Under the pieces are notes generated by a model. The model had not been told where the DNA came from and searched no databases. It saw only the letters and a list, made by a program, of their open reading frames with translations. Source: a virus. Taken from it: a stretch of DNA of 16,097 nt. The stretch is from UHGV virus genome UHGV-1827629, one strand, 5' to 3'. Position 1 is the stretch's first letter. Every line of letters starts with the position of its first letter. Shown here piece by piece: positions 7,572-16,052 of this stretch. The position numbers were made by a program, and so were the translations under genes.

Positions 7572-7829
7572 GAATATATCCTTTCTACTGTTGGGGAGAT
7601 TAAAGAGTAAGCGATTTCTTGCTGTTGGGGAATAGCGGGAAAGCGCGCGCCGGGCGCGGATAAATACCCCGGCACTAACTGGAATGTTTTGGGCTGGCAG
7701 ACGGTTATCAGCTAGTTGGTGAGGTAATGGCTCACCAAGGCGACGACGGCCTTCCCTGCTGCTTGAAAGCGGGGAGCCAGCACCAAAACATTTCTCCCGC
7801 ATCAGCGGGTAACGACAGAGGGTAAGGCT

Positions 7830-8105
7830 ATGAAAACAAGTAGCGGACAAGAGATTTTAAAGGGATTCAATGTTCGTGATATCTCTGCTGATTATGACGA
7901 GCCAAGGTTTGATGTTTTGTTTGTCCACGATGATGGCAAATGCCGGTATTCAAACGATGTTTTTGGTTCTGAGCAAGAAGCCATCAGTTACGCAGAAACA
8001 TGTAACGCCAGCACAGCAGACGATGAATGCTGGGACTACTACCAGCACTCTTCAAGCAGCGCCGACTGGAAGCTGATTCATCACATTGAAGCTAAAGCCG
8101 CCTAA
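7830..8105 (+). CDS. Hypothetical early protein (91 aa, acidic, Cys-containing)
   Basis: SD AGAGGGTAAGG before ATG at 7830; stop codon lies in the loop of an intrinsic terminator. Confidence 0.55.
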   Translation: MKTSSGQEILKGFNVRDISADYDEPRFDVLFVHDDGKCRYSNDVFGSEQEAISYAETCNASTADDECWDYYQHSSSSADWKLIHHIEAKAA

Positions 8106-8119
8106 CCAGCGGCTTTTTT
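8096..8119 (+). terminator. Rho-independent terminator (tL1-like)
   Basis: AGCCGC-CTAACCA-GCGGCT hairpin followed by TTTTTTA (8114-8120). Confidence 0.65.
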
Positions 8120-8260
8120 ATCGGCCATACATAGGCAGATTTTCGAGTCTGCCCATTTATGACAACCGGCGGCCATCCACCGCCCATTGAAACACTGAAT
8201 AAATGCGTTGAAGTCTTGTATTAACCGTTCCGTTCGCCGCGATAAGGCCAAGAGGAAATC

Positions 8261-8389
8261 ATGGTAAACCAGCAGCAGATCAGAGAGGCCCAACGGCTCG
8301 CGTCGTTCGCGGTGCTCCATCGCAATGCTCCGGCGTGGGAAGAAGCAAAACGCCTTTACGCCGTCGCCATCGGGAGGACTCTTCACTGA
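8261..8389 (+). CDS. Small hypothetical protein (42 aa)
   Basis: ATG at 8261 with AAGAGGA SD; stop TGA overlaps the next ATG (TGATG at 8387-8391). Below the ORF-track length cutoff; read by hand. Confidence 0.35.
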   Translation: MVNQQQIREAQRLASFAVLHRNAPAWEEAKRLYAVAIGRTLH

Positions 8390-8586
8390 TGGAAACTTTA
8401 TTCGCACTCGTCCTTACCGTGGCAATGACCAACGGTGATTATCAGGATGTCATTCTCGGCGTTTACGACAGCCAGCAGGAATGCAGCCTGGCAGCTACAG
8501 AGCAGAAAGTGTCAGCTGAGTGCTGGCCGGTAGAAAGCATCATCCGCAACGGCGAGTTCCCGGCGAAATCCATCGCGCAGCAGTAA
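8389..8586 (+). CDS. Small protein (65 aa) with hydrophobic N-terminus (METLFALVLTVAMT), possibly membrane-associated
   Basis: Internal ATG of track ORF 8335-8586; GGGAGG SD upstream; translationally coupled to the preceding small ORF. Confidence 0.5.
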   Translation: METLFALVLTVAMTNGDYQDVILGVYDSQQECSLAATEQKVSAECWPVESIIRNGEFPAKSIAQQ

Positions 8587-8656
8587 CCACCCTATTCAAC
8601 CGATCGGCCTGGCATTACGCGGGCGAGTTCTGCACATCCAAATTTCAGGAGAAACC

Positions 8657-9628
8657 ATGAGCGAAGTAACGGACTTAACTGTCATCGAAATCAAGCCGGA
8701 ACAGGCCCCAGTGCTTTACGTAGCGGGCGGCCTTGACGCGTACCTTGAGCAAATCCGCCAGGCTGTAAACGAAGTGCCGGACCTGTCCACGAAGAAAGGC
8801 CGTGACCGTGTTGCCTCTCTGGCAGCGCAGGTGTCCCGCAGCAAGACGGCAATCGAAAAGCCGGGCCGTGAGTACCTGAAGCGCCTGAAAGAGGCTGTGC
8901 GTCCGGCTGAGGCCGAAATTAAGCGATTCGTTGATGCCTGCGACGAGCTGCGCGATGCGACCCGCCGCCCACTCACCGAATGGGAAGCCGAGCAGGAACG
9001 CATTAAGGCTGAAGAAGCCATGAACGCGATGCACGCCGAAGCGCTGGAGATGAACATCAGGTTCGATCAGGAGCTGGCTGCCAAGTTCGAAGCGGACCAC
9101 GAAATGGCTCTACTGATGAACAAGGATTTTGACCGTGACCGCGAAGAGCAGCGCCGTCTGGCGGAACAGGCTCAGCGTGAACGTGATGAGCGGCTGAAAC
9201 AGGAAGCGGCAGAACAAGCCCGCCGCGATGCCGAAGCGAAGCACAAAGCGGAGATTGAAGCCGCAGCGCGCCGTGAAGCTGAAGAGAAAGCACGTGCAGA
9301 GCTGGCTGAACGCCAGCGCGTCGAAGCGGAACAGCGTACAGCTCGCGAGAAGCAGGAAGCAGAAGCCCGGGCAGAACGCGAAAAAGCCGCGGCGGTTGAA
9401 GCCGAGCGCCTGAAGGCCAAACAGGCCGAAGATGCCCGCCTGGCCGAAGAGAAGCGCCTCGCCGATGAGCAGGCAAAGCGTGAAGCTGACGTTAAGCACC
9501 GCAAGACGGTCGGCACCAACATCGTTAACGCGCTCACCAGCCACACCAGCTTAACCCGCGAACAGGCTATCGAAGTGCTTACCGCTCTGAAAGATGACCT
9601 CATCCCCTGCGCGAAAATTCATTACTGA
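8657..9628 (+). CDS. Large charged coiled-coil protein (323 aa) with an extended Glu/Arg/Lys/Ala-rich central helix; function unknown
   Basis: SD CAGGAG before ATG at 8657; ~150-residue central stretch of AEEKARAELAERQRVEAEQRTAREKQEAEARAEREK type; conserved-looking globular ends. Confidence 0.7.
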   Translation: MSEVTDLTVIEIKPEQAPVLYVAGGLDAYLEQIRQAVNEVPDLSTKKGRDRVASLAAQVSRSKTAIEKPGREYLKRLKEAVRPAEAEIKRFVDACDELRDATRRPLTEWEAEQERIKAEEAMNAMHAEALEMNIRFDQELAAKFEADHEMALLMNKDFDRDREEQRRLAEQAQRERDERLKQEAAEQARRDAEAKHKAEIEAAARREAEEKARAELAERQRVEAEQRTAREKQEAEARAEREKAAAVEAERLKAKQAEDARLAEEKRLADEQAKREADVKHRKTVGTNIVNALTSHTSLTREQAIEVLTALKDDLIPCAKIHY

Positions 9629-9635
9629 GGCAACC

Positions 9636-9761
9636 ATGAACGCATACCTCACTTACGACCGAATCGAAGATCGGCGCTGGGTTGAGCAGCAGCTCACCGA
9701 CGAGAAGGAGAAGTGGATCGACGACCGGGCGAAAGAACTGATCGCCATGTTCCCGAAATAG
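9636..9761 (+). CDS. gam: Gam-like (RecBCD inhibitor) N-terminal fragment, 41 aa, apparently truncated
   Basis: MNAYLTYDRIEDRRWVEQQL resembles the start of lambda GamS ([22 protein letters not shown], from memory); GAGG SD; sits immediately upstream of bet as gam does in lambda, but stops after 41 codons. Confidence 0.4.
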   Translation: MNAYLTYDRIEDRRWVEQQLTDEKEKWIDDRAKELIAMFPK

Positions 9762-9820
9762 AAGAAGAGTGGGATCGCCTTCATCCAACCTGCCCGTTTT
9801 AATTTTTGAGGGGATTAACG

Positions 9821-10666
9821 ATGGCAAACGAATTAACAATCACAGCGAAGTCGCTTCAGGAGATAGGCGTCGACGTCTCCACATGGAGTGCACTGAAGAA
9901 CAGCATCTACCCTGGCGCCAAAGACGAATCGGTAATGATGGCGCTTGACTACTGCCGCGCCCGCCAGCTGGATCCGTTGCTCAAACCTGTCCACCTCGTT
10001 CCGATGTACGTTAAAGACTCGAAAACAGGTAAAGGTGACTGGCGCGACGTGGTCATGCCGGGCATCGGGCTTTACCGCATTCAGGCAGACCGCTCTGGCG
10101 ATTATGCCGGGGCACGGGAGCCTGAGTTCGGGCCCGATGTAACTCAGACGCTTACTGGTGTCGAGGTGACCTTCCCTCAGTGGTGCAAATACACCGTTTT
10201 CAAGCGCATGCCCAGCGGCGAGATCGTCGAGTTCAGCGCCAAAGAATACTGGATTGAAAACTATGCCACCGGCGGCAGCGAAACAACGGCGCCGAATGCG
10301 ATGTGGAAAAAGCGCCCATACGGACAGCTGGCGAAATGCGCGGAAGCCCAGGCGTTGCGTAAGGCATGGCCTGAGATTGGACAGCAGCCTACCGCCGAAG
10401 AAATGGAAGGAAAATCACTGGATGTTGATATCCGTGACGTCACGCCGCGCAGCACAACAGAATCACTTCCACCAGCAGCAAGCGAAGAAACGCTTCAGGC
10501 GATAACCGATCTCTTAACATCGCTGAATAAAGACTGGGAGCAAGACTTCCTCCCAGTTTGCAGCGACATCTTCAAACGGCCAATTCTTGAGGCGTCAGAC
10601 CTCACTGAAGAAGAGGCACAGAAAGGGTTCAACTTCCTTCAGAAAAAAGCTAAGGCGGCAGCATGA
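9821..10666 (+). CDS. bet: Bet/Red-beta family single-strand annealing protein
   Basis: C-terminus [55 protein letters not shown] matches lambda Bet's C-terminus from memory; N-terminus divergent but same pattern; stop overlaps exo start (ATGA); SD GAGGGG before ATG 9821. Confidence 0.8.
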   Translation: MANELTITAKSLQEIGVDVSTWSALKNSIYPGAKDESVMMALDYCRARQLDPLLKPVHLVPMYVKDSKTGKGDWRDVVMPGIGLYRIQADRSGDYAGAREPEFGPDVTQTLTGVEVTFPQWCKYTVFKRMPSGEIVEFSAKEYWIENYATGGSETTAPNAMWKKRPYGQLAKCAEAQALRKAWPEIGQQPTAEEMEGKSLDVDIRDVTPRSTTESLPPAASEETLQAITDLLTSLNKDWEQDFLPVCSDIFKRPILEASDLTEEEAQKGFNFLQKKAKAAA

Positions 10667-11343
10667 CACCAGAAATTATCTTTGCCCGCACCGGTGTTGA
10701 CGTAACCACTATCCAACAGGGCGATGAGGCGTGGCACCGGCTGCGCCTCGGCGTCATTACTGCCTCAGAAGTACACAACGTCATATCCAAGCCGAGATCG
10801 GGTAAGAAGTGGACAGATATGAAAATGTCCTACTTCCACACGCTGCTCGCGGAGGTATGCACAGGCGTGGCGCCAGAGGTTAACGCCAAGGCGCTGGCCT
10901 GGGGCAAGCAGTACGAGGAAGACGCCCGCACCCTCTTCGAGTTCACAACTGACGTGAAAGTCACGGAGTCTCCGATCCTGTTCCGTGACGAGAGCATGCG
11001 CACCGCGTGCTCCCCTGACGGCCTATGCAGTAACGGGTTCGGCCTTGAGCTTAAGTGCCCTTTCACCTCTCGCGATTTCATGAAGTTCCGCCTTGGCGGT
11101 TTCGAAGCCATCAAGTCTGCGTACATGGCCCAGGTGCAGTACAGCATGTGGGTTACCGGAAAAGACGCCTGGTTCTTTGCCAACTACGACCCGCGCATGA
11201 AACGCGAAGGTATTCACCACGTCGTCGTTGAGCGGGATCCACAGTACATGACCGATTTCAACGAAATGGTGCCGGATTTCATTGAGAAGATGGACGAAGC
11301 GCTGGCGGAGATCGGCTTCACGTTCGGAGAGCAGTGGAAATGA
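10663..11343 (+). CDS. exo: Lambda-type 5'-3' exonuclease (Red-alpha / YqaJ family)
   Basis: Near full-length similarity to lambda Exo as I recall it (MTP.II..RTG.DV...[63 protein letters not shown]...ALAEIGF.FGEQW). Confidence 0.95.
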   Translation: MTPEIIFARTGVDVTTIQQGDEAWHRLRLGVITASEVHNVISKPRSGKKWTDMKMSYFHTLLAEVCTGVAPEVNAKALAWGKQYEEDARTLFEFTTDVKVTESPILFRDESMRTACSPDGLCSNGFGLELKCPFTSRDFMKFRLGGFEAIKSAYMAQVQYSMWVTGKDAWFFANYDPRMKREGIHHVVVERDPQYMTDFNEMVPDFIEKMDEALAEIGFTFGEQWK

Positions 11344-11440
11344 AACGCACACCCTTCTATCGCCGGCCAGGGCGAGCCGGGCAATTCTCGGGCCTCCGCG
11401 AGCAAGTCCATGGAGAATTTGCAAATCATGGGGGCAAGTC

Positions 11441-11659
11441 ATGACATCTGAAACAGACAACGCCATCCGCGCCGCCTGCCGTCGCTGCACCGAGAAAATC
11501 CAGCAGGCCATGCGCAAGAAGCCAAAGCCTAACTGGAACGAAACGGTGCCTCCCATCATCAACAAGCATCATAAGAAAATTGAAGCTCTGGGAGTTAGCC
11601 TCCTGGAGTTCGTCGTATACACAGGGCGGCTTAATCGCCGCTTCGGAGCAGAACAATGA
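11441..11659 (+). CDS. Hypothetical protein (72 aa), first gene of a coupled three-gene cassette
   Basis: Internal ATG of track ORF 11282-11659 (MTSETDNAIRAACRRC...); stop overlaps the next ATG as ATGA. Confidence 0.5.
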   Translation: MTSETDNAIRAACRRCTEKIQQAMRKKPKPNWNETVPPIINKHHKKIEALGVSLLEFVVYTGRLNRRFGAEQ

Positions 11660-12522
11660 CAACAAAAAAATGGGGTCATAACGAGCTTGCTCATGACCTT
11701 GCAGAGCATTTGCGCCAGAACACAGCGCGCATCTGCTGGGAGGATATGCAGCTTGGGCCCGCCGGAACGTGCCGACCTGATGTCTACTCTATTGCTCACA
11801 GCTACAGCAAGTTCTGCCCAGTCGTCTATGAGGTTAAAGTCAGCGTAGGTGATTTCCGGGCTGACGTTACAGCAGGCAAATACACCAAATACTTCAGCTA
11901 TGCAGGTGGCGTTGTTTTTGCAGTTCCTGAAGGCATGCTCAAGAAAAGCGACATCCCAGATGGTTGTGGCTTGATGATCCGGAAGGAAACTGGATGGCAT
12001 ACCCTCAAGGGGCCGACAATGCGCCAGATTGATAACCTACCTCGCGACGCCTGGATGAAGTTGCTTATGGATGGCATGAAGCGACAGGCAGAGAGAACCC
12101 AAATAAAAAATCGCGTAATCAACACCTACCTCAGCGAACAAAAACTTATGAAGCGACATGGCAGCGAAATCGCCGATCTTGTTTGTCGAGCGCATCGGTC
12201 GAAGGAGCGGCTTGAGCAGCAGGTTAGGGATAACGATGAAAGGCTGAAGAACCTGCGCCAGGAAAGTGAGGAGGAGATGCAACGCCGACGTAAGCGCCGG
12301 GAGGAATCGGAGGAAAGGTTAACCGACGCTCAGCAAGGTCTGGCGAAAGCACTTGGCCTCGACCCGAATGTCCCTATGTATGTTCTGACAAGGACGCTAT
12401 GGGAAGCAATGCGCCGACTGACCGAGGATGAAGAGATAAAGAGGTTGCGAGGAATATTGTACAACCTTGAGCGCACGCTGAATGACGGTCTGAAACCATT
12501 ACCCGGGGAGAAAGCCGCATGA
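11656..12522 (+). CDS. PD-(D/E)XK nuclease-fold protein (MmcB-like N-terminal domain) with a charged coiled-coil C-terminal half
   Basis: Motif RPDVYSIAHSYSKFCPVVYEVKVS gives a D...EVK PD-(D/E)XK signature; C-terminal ~140 residues are Arg/Glu/Lys-rich coiled coil; ATGA overlaps at both ends. Confidence 0.65.
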   Translation: MTTKKWGHNELAHDLAEHLRQNTARICWEDMQLGPAGTCRPDVYSIAHSYSKFCPVVYEVKVSVGDFRADVTAGKYTKYFSYAGGVVFAVPEGMLKKSDIPDGCGLMIRKETGWHTLKGPTMRQIDNLPRDAWMKLLMDGMKRQAERTQIKNRVINTYLSEQKLMKRHGSEIADLVCRAHRSKERLEQQVRDNDERLKNLRQESEEEMQRRRKRREESEERLTDAQQGLAKALGLDPNVPMYVLTRTLWEAMRRLTEDEEIKRLRGILYNLERTLNDGLKPLPGEKAA

Positions 12523-12710
12523 ACAAAGCCTCGCCCGTTGATTTGAGGAAGAGCATCGAAATTGCCAATCACCTAGCCCACATCGGGATTCGCTTTGTGC
12601 CGATTCCTGTGGCGACCGAGGAAGAATTCCAGACGCTGGCCGCCGAGCTTTCACTACGGCTTGAGCAGATGGCAGTCGAAGCCGAGAAGAATGAAGGCGG
12701 TGCAGCATGA
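12519..12710 (+). CDS. Hypothetical protein (63 aa), last gene of the cassette
   Basis: ATG 12519 overlaps the upstream stop; GGGGAG SD; followed by an intrinsic terminator. Confidence 0.5.
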   Translation: MNKASPVDLRKSIEIANHLAHIGIRFVPIPVATEEEFQTLAAELSLRLEQMAVEAEKNEGGAA

Positions 12711-12725
12711 AGGCACTGATCACCG

Positions 12726-12750
12726 GGTCGCTAAAGCGGCCTTTTTTATT
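12726..12750 (+). terminator. Candidate rho-independent terminator
   Basis: GGTCGC-TAAA-GCGGCC hairpin (one G-U pair) followed by TTTTTTATT. Confidence 0.55.
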
Positions 12751-12798
12751 GCTGGCGTTCACCTTCAACCGAATTAACAGACAGTTCGCGGAGTGACT

Positions 12799-13098
12799 AT
12801 GGAAGATTTTAAAGGCACTAAAGGTAATTGGTCATATAGCAAAGAGACCGGAACAATTCGCGGTAATGGTGGCCTTCTCGCTGAGTTACTGATTAATGGT
12901 TCCGAAGACCATAACGGCACGCTCATGGCTGTCGCTCCTGAATTGCTGGAAGCACTGCAATTATCACTTACCGCCATGAATGAAATGGGTGACATCCTAA
13001 ATTTTCACGACATGGCAGATGCAGAATCAGTAGAGAAGCTCACTCCAGCATTTGAAATGGCTAGAACTGCTATCAACAATGCCCTCGGTAAGGAGTGA
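12799..13098 (+). CDS. Hypothetical protein (99 aa)
   Basis: ATG at 12799 with GCGGAG SD (the track's 12793 start is a GTG two codons upstream); stop adjacent to the next gene's SD. Confidence 0.5.
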   Translation: MEDFKGTKGNWSYSKETGTIRGNGGLLAELLINGSEDHNGTLMAVAPELLEALQLSLTAMNEMGDILNFHDMADAESVEKLTPAFEMARTAINNALGKE

Positions 13099-13100
13099 CC

Positions 13101-13322
13101 ATGTCCGATATCATCGACACAGCAGCAGAGATTGAAGAGCTTCAGCGTAACGCTGCCCTTTCCGCTCACCGGATCAACCGCAACGCCGTCTCAGCTGAGC
13201 ATTGCGCGGAATGCGACGAAAAAATCCCCGAGCCGCGCCGCGCTGCCGTTCCCGGCTGCAAGACGTGCTCCAGTTACCAGGAAGAAATCGAATTGAGGAA
13301 TAAGCAGAGGGGGATCCAGTGA
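13101..13322 (+). CDS. TraR/DksA-family C4 zinc-finger protein
   Basis: CAECDEKIPEPRRAAVPGCKTC shows the CxxC...CxxC spacing of the TraR/DksA zinc finger; AAGGAG SD before ATG 13101. Confidence 0.7.
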   Translation: MSDIIDTAAEIEELQRNAALSAHRINRNAVSAEHCAECDEKIPEPRRAAVPGCKTCSSYQEEIELRNKQRGIQ

Positions 13323-14004
13323 AAGATCGTGGAATGATTTTTAATGAGTATCAGGTGCGCGCCTTGCTTGATGGCAGCATGACGCAGGTTCGGCGCCCTT
13401 CAAATGGCGTCATACTCGGGCTACTGAAATTGCAGAGCGCGACGACGGAAGCATGTGGCCATGGAGCGAAGATGAGGAGCACGTGTGCGATTACTGGCAT
13501 CCATGTCCATTCGGTGCAGTTGGCGATGCGATTTATGTCAGAGAGTCATTTTCACGGCTCGACGCATTTAACTTCTTTGATCCGGCAGTTCCTCAAGAAG
13601 TCCCGGACTTCTGGTATTGGGCCGATGGTGAGCCAGAATGGGGAGACTGGACACGTCCACAATCTGGCGCAGTAATGCCTCGCGCCGCCAGCCGAATCAC
13701 CCTGGAGATAACCGGCATCCGAGTCGAGAAACTTCAGACGGCTAATGAATCAGACTTGCTGAATGACCTTGGCGACATGCTCGAACACTGCGAAACCGTA
13801 GCTGGACGAGCCTTCAACCATGCCGAGCATTATGCGATCGCTGGCGTTCCGGTAGGGCTGTGTCCAGAAATGCACGGCTTTAAAGCGTGGTGGGATAAGG
13901 CCAATGGCGAAGGTAGCTTCGACTCCAACCCTTGGGTCTGGGTAATCGAATTTAAGGTGGTGCCCAATGTTCCAGCTAATTCAACGGGGTCAGATTTACG
14001 CTGA
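13319..14004 (+). pseudogene. ASCH-like phage protein interrupted by a frameshift (N-terminus in one frame, C-terminus in another)
   Basis: Frame of 13319/13334 encodes MIFNEYQVRALLDGSMTQVRRP, then degenerates and stops at 13675; the frame ending at 14004 opens after a TGA at 13369-13371 and encodes ...CPFGAVGDAIYVRESF...PRAASRITLEITGIRVEKLQ. Both halves fit one ASCH-like protein family from memory. Confidence 0.5.
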
Positions 14005-14206
14005 CCAGCACGGTTGGCCCGTCATCATCCACAGTTGCACATCACAGATAGTCCGCTACTGGCGACAGGGCCGGATCAACACCGCTTCAATCGACCGCTT
14101 TAATAACGATTTCGAACACCTCGATCACCGTGAGGCGGCGCAGATACGCGCCGAACTGGAGACGAGCGAGCACATTAAATCGCTGCGTGCCCGGCGCGCG
14201 GCATGA
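13967..14206 (+). CDS. Hypothetical protein (79 aa)
   Basis: ORF track; overlaps the ASCH-like C-terminus by 38 nt; start uncertain. Confidence 0.4.
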   Translation: MFQLIQRGQIYADQHGWPVIIHSCTSQIVRYWRQGRINTASIDRFNNDFEHLDHREAAQIRAELETSEHIKSLRARRAA

Positions 14207-14215
14207 GGAGAGAGC

Positions 14216-14542
14216 GTGAAACCTTACGAATCGAAGAAATCACAGTTCACCAGAAACCTGATCCGTCGGCGCCACGCTGAATGGTCAGAAAAGACCTTCG
14301 GTAATGTCGGCCCTATCGGACCGCTGAAACACCTTTCGAAAGAAGCGCTGGAAGCTGCCGCCGATCCTGGCGACCTCAGCGAGTGGGCTGATATGCAGTT
14401 CCTGCTTTGGGACGCGCAGCGGCGCGCCGGTATCACCGATGAGCAAATCACCGCGGCGATGGAAGAAAAGCTGAAGGTGAATATGGCTCGCCAGTGTCCG
14501 GAGCCGAAAGACGGCGAACCGCGACTTCACATCAAATCCTGA
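14216..14542 (+). CDS. MazG-like nucleotide pyrophosphohydrolase-type small protein (DUF550-like)
   Basis: GTG start with AGGAG SD; LKHLSKEALEAAADPGDLSEWADMQFLLWDAQRRAGI resembles the MazG-type helical motif. Family from memory. Confidence 0.55.
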   Translation: MKPYESKKSQFTRNLIRRRHAEWSEKTFGNVGPIGPLKHLSKEALEAAADPGDLSEWADMQFLLWDAQRRAGITDEQITAAMEEKLKVNMARQCPEPKDGEPRLHIKS

Positions 14543-14649
14543 CGCAACTGATAGCCAGTTATGAGCTGGCTATTGGGTGCGAAAGCACTGCCACGTTATC
14601 CCCCATTTGCCCGGCCATAGTGCCGGGTTCTTTTTGCCTGGAGTATCCG

Positions 14650-14997
14650 ATGGAAGAAATAATTTTCACCCGCGACGAGGCGGCGAACTTCCTGCGCGTC
14701 AGTGAAGGGACTGTGGCCGAATGGATAAAGTCTGGAAGACTCGCCGCTACCCGCAAAAATCCCGCTAAAAAGAAAAGTCCATATCTCATCTGCAAGACAG
14801 ATTGCATTGCAGCGTTGAAGAACACGATCCACAATCAGCCGGTGAATGCGGTTGATGTGCAGGAGGGTAAAGCATGTCAATCAAACAACGTGCCGGTACG
14901 TGGCACTGCGACTTCGTTACGCCTGGTGGCGTCAGAATTAGACGGTCTCTTGGCACAACGGACAAAAGGCAAGCGCAGGAACTCCATGATCAGCTAA
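14650..14997 (+). CDS. xis: Excisionase (AlpA/Xis-type HTH), 116 aa
   Basis: [36 protein letters not shown] is an excisionase-type HTH; GGAG SD before ATG 14650; immediately upstream of and overlapping int by 124 nt in another frame. The track's 14494 start is probably an extension. Confidence 0.6.
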   Translation: MEEIIFTRDEAANFLRVSEGTVAEWIKSGRLAATRKNPAKKKSPYLICKTDCIAALKNTIHNQPVNAVDVQEGKACQSNNVPVRGTATSLRLVASELDGLLAQRTKGKRRNSMIS

Positions 14998-16037
14998 AAG
15001 CTGAAGCGTGGCGTGTAGACAAGATGGGGGAATATAAGGCGCACACTTTTGATGAAGCATGTGTGCGCTGGCTGAACGAGAAGCAGCATAAGAAGAGCCT
15101 GGACGATGATAAAAGCCGGATCGGATTCTGGCTTATGCATTTCCGGGGAATGGACCTGTCCGAGATTACAGAGGATAAAATTCTCTCGGCCGCCAGTGGA
15201 ATGGTAAACAGGAAGCACAGACTTAATTGGGAGTCACGGAGGGATAGTTGCCTCAGGATGGGTAAGCCTGTTCCCGAGTACAAGGAAAAGCCAGCAGCAC
15301 AGGCAACCAGAACAACACACCTTGCTTTCATTCGGGCTTTGCTCAGATGTGCGGCTAACGAATGGCGATGGATAGCCAAAGCGCCGAATATCAAATGCCC
15401 TGTTCCAAAGAACAAACGTATTCGATGGCTGACAAAAGATGAGGCGCAGTCATTAATACGTGAATTGCCTGACCACTTTAAGCCGGTGGTTGTTTTTGCT
15501 CTGGCAACGGGATTGAGGCGATCCAACATAACGGATCTGGAATGGTCTCAGATAGACATGCAGAGGAAGGTTGCGTGGATACACCCAGAGGATGCAAAAG
15601 CAGGCAGGGCGATTGGGGTCGCCCTTAATGATTCTGCATGCAGGGTATTACGCGATCAGGTAGGAAAGCACAATCGGTGGGTGTTCGTTCACACTGAATC
15701 ATCTGTTCGTCCGGATGGAACCAGGACTAAAGAGGTCAGGAAGATGAGGAGCGATGCTAACACAGCGTGGAGGGCTGCGTTAAGAAGAGCCGGAATTGAA
15801 AACTTCCGTTTCCATGATTTGCGGCACACCTGGGCAAGCTGGCTTGTGCAGTCCGGCGTTCCGTTATCAGCGCTTCAGGAAATGGGAGGTTGGGAGAGCA
15901 TTGAAATGGTTCAGCGCTATGCTCACTTAGCACCGAATCACCTGACGCAACATGCGATGCAAATTGACTCATTTCTGGCAGGAAATGGCACAAATATGGC
16001 ACAAGGCACGTTTGCAGACTTGGTGAATATCGCGTGA
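14874..16037 (+). CDS. int: Tyrosine site-specific integrase (P22/P4-like)
   Basis: N-terminal arm-binding motif [31 protein letters not shown]; C-terminal catalytic region [39 protein letters not shown] with the R..H.R.Y residues; strong SD AGGAGGG; ends 16 bp before the tRNA 3' end. Confidence 0.95.
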   Translation: MSIKQRAGTWHCDFVTPGGVRIRRSLGTTDKRQAQELHDQLKAEAWRVDKMGEYKAHTFDEACVRWLNEKQHKKSLDDDKSRIGFWLMHFRGMDLSEITEDKILSAASGMVNRKHRLNWESRRDSCLRMGKPVPEYKEKPAAQATRTTHLAFIRALLRCAANEWRWIAKAPNIKCPVPKNKRIRWLTKDEAQSLIRELPDHFKPVVVFALATGLRRSNITDLEWSQIDMQRKVAWIHPEDAKAGRAIGVALNDSACRVLRDQVGKHNRWVFVHTESSVRPDGTRTKEVRKMRSDANTAWRAALRRAGIENFRFHDLRHTWASWLVQSGVPLSALQEMGGWESIEMVQRYAHLAPNHLTQHAMQIDSFLAGNGTNMAQGTFADLVNIA

Positions 16038-16052
16038 AGCCGCGTGGTTACT

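Noticed and set aside
7630-7660. GC-rich near-palindrome GCGCGCGCCGGGCGCGG as a possible terminator
   Set aside because: Arms do not form a stem with a feasible loop and no U-run follows on either strand.
8675-9603. Several minus-strand ORFs (113-144 aa) rich in Arg/Ser/Ala/Leu
   Set aside because: All are antisense frames of the repetitive GC-rich stretch encoding the charged helix of the 8657-9628 protein; their composition is typical of antisense artefacts.
11344-11440. Hairpin CCGGC...GCCGG after exo as a possible terminator
   Set aside because: No downstream T-run; the next gene is close, so read-through is more likely.
10830-11565. Minus-strand ORFs of 117 and 180 aa
   Set aside because: Antisense to exo, which is supported by strong recalled similarity to lambda Exo.
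14494-14649. N-terminal extension of the excisionase ORF from the track's upstream start
   Set aside because: The extension is Arg/Thr-rich with no SD, while the ATG at 14650 has a GGAG SD and starts exactly at the HTH domain.
14990-15529. Minus-strand 179-aa ORF and neighbouring short ORFs inside the integrase
   Set aside because: Antisense to the well-supported integrase gene.
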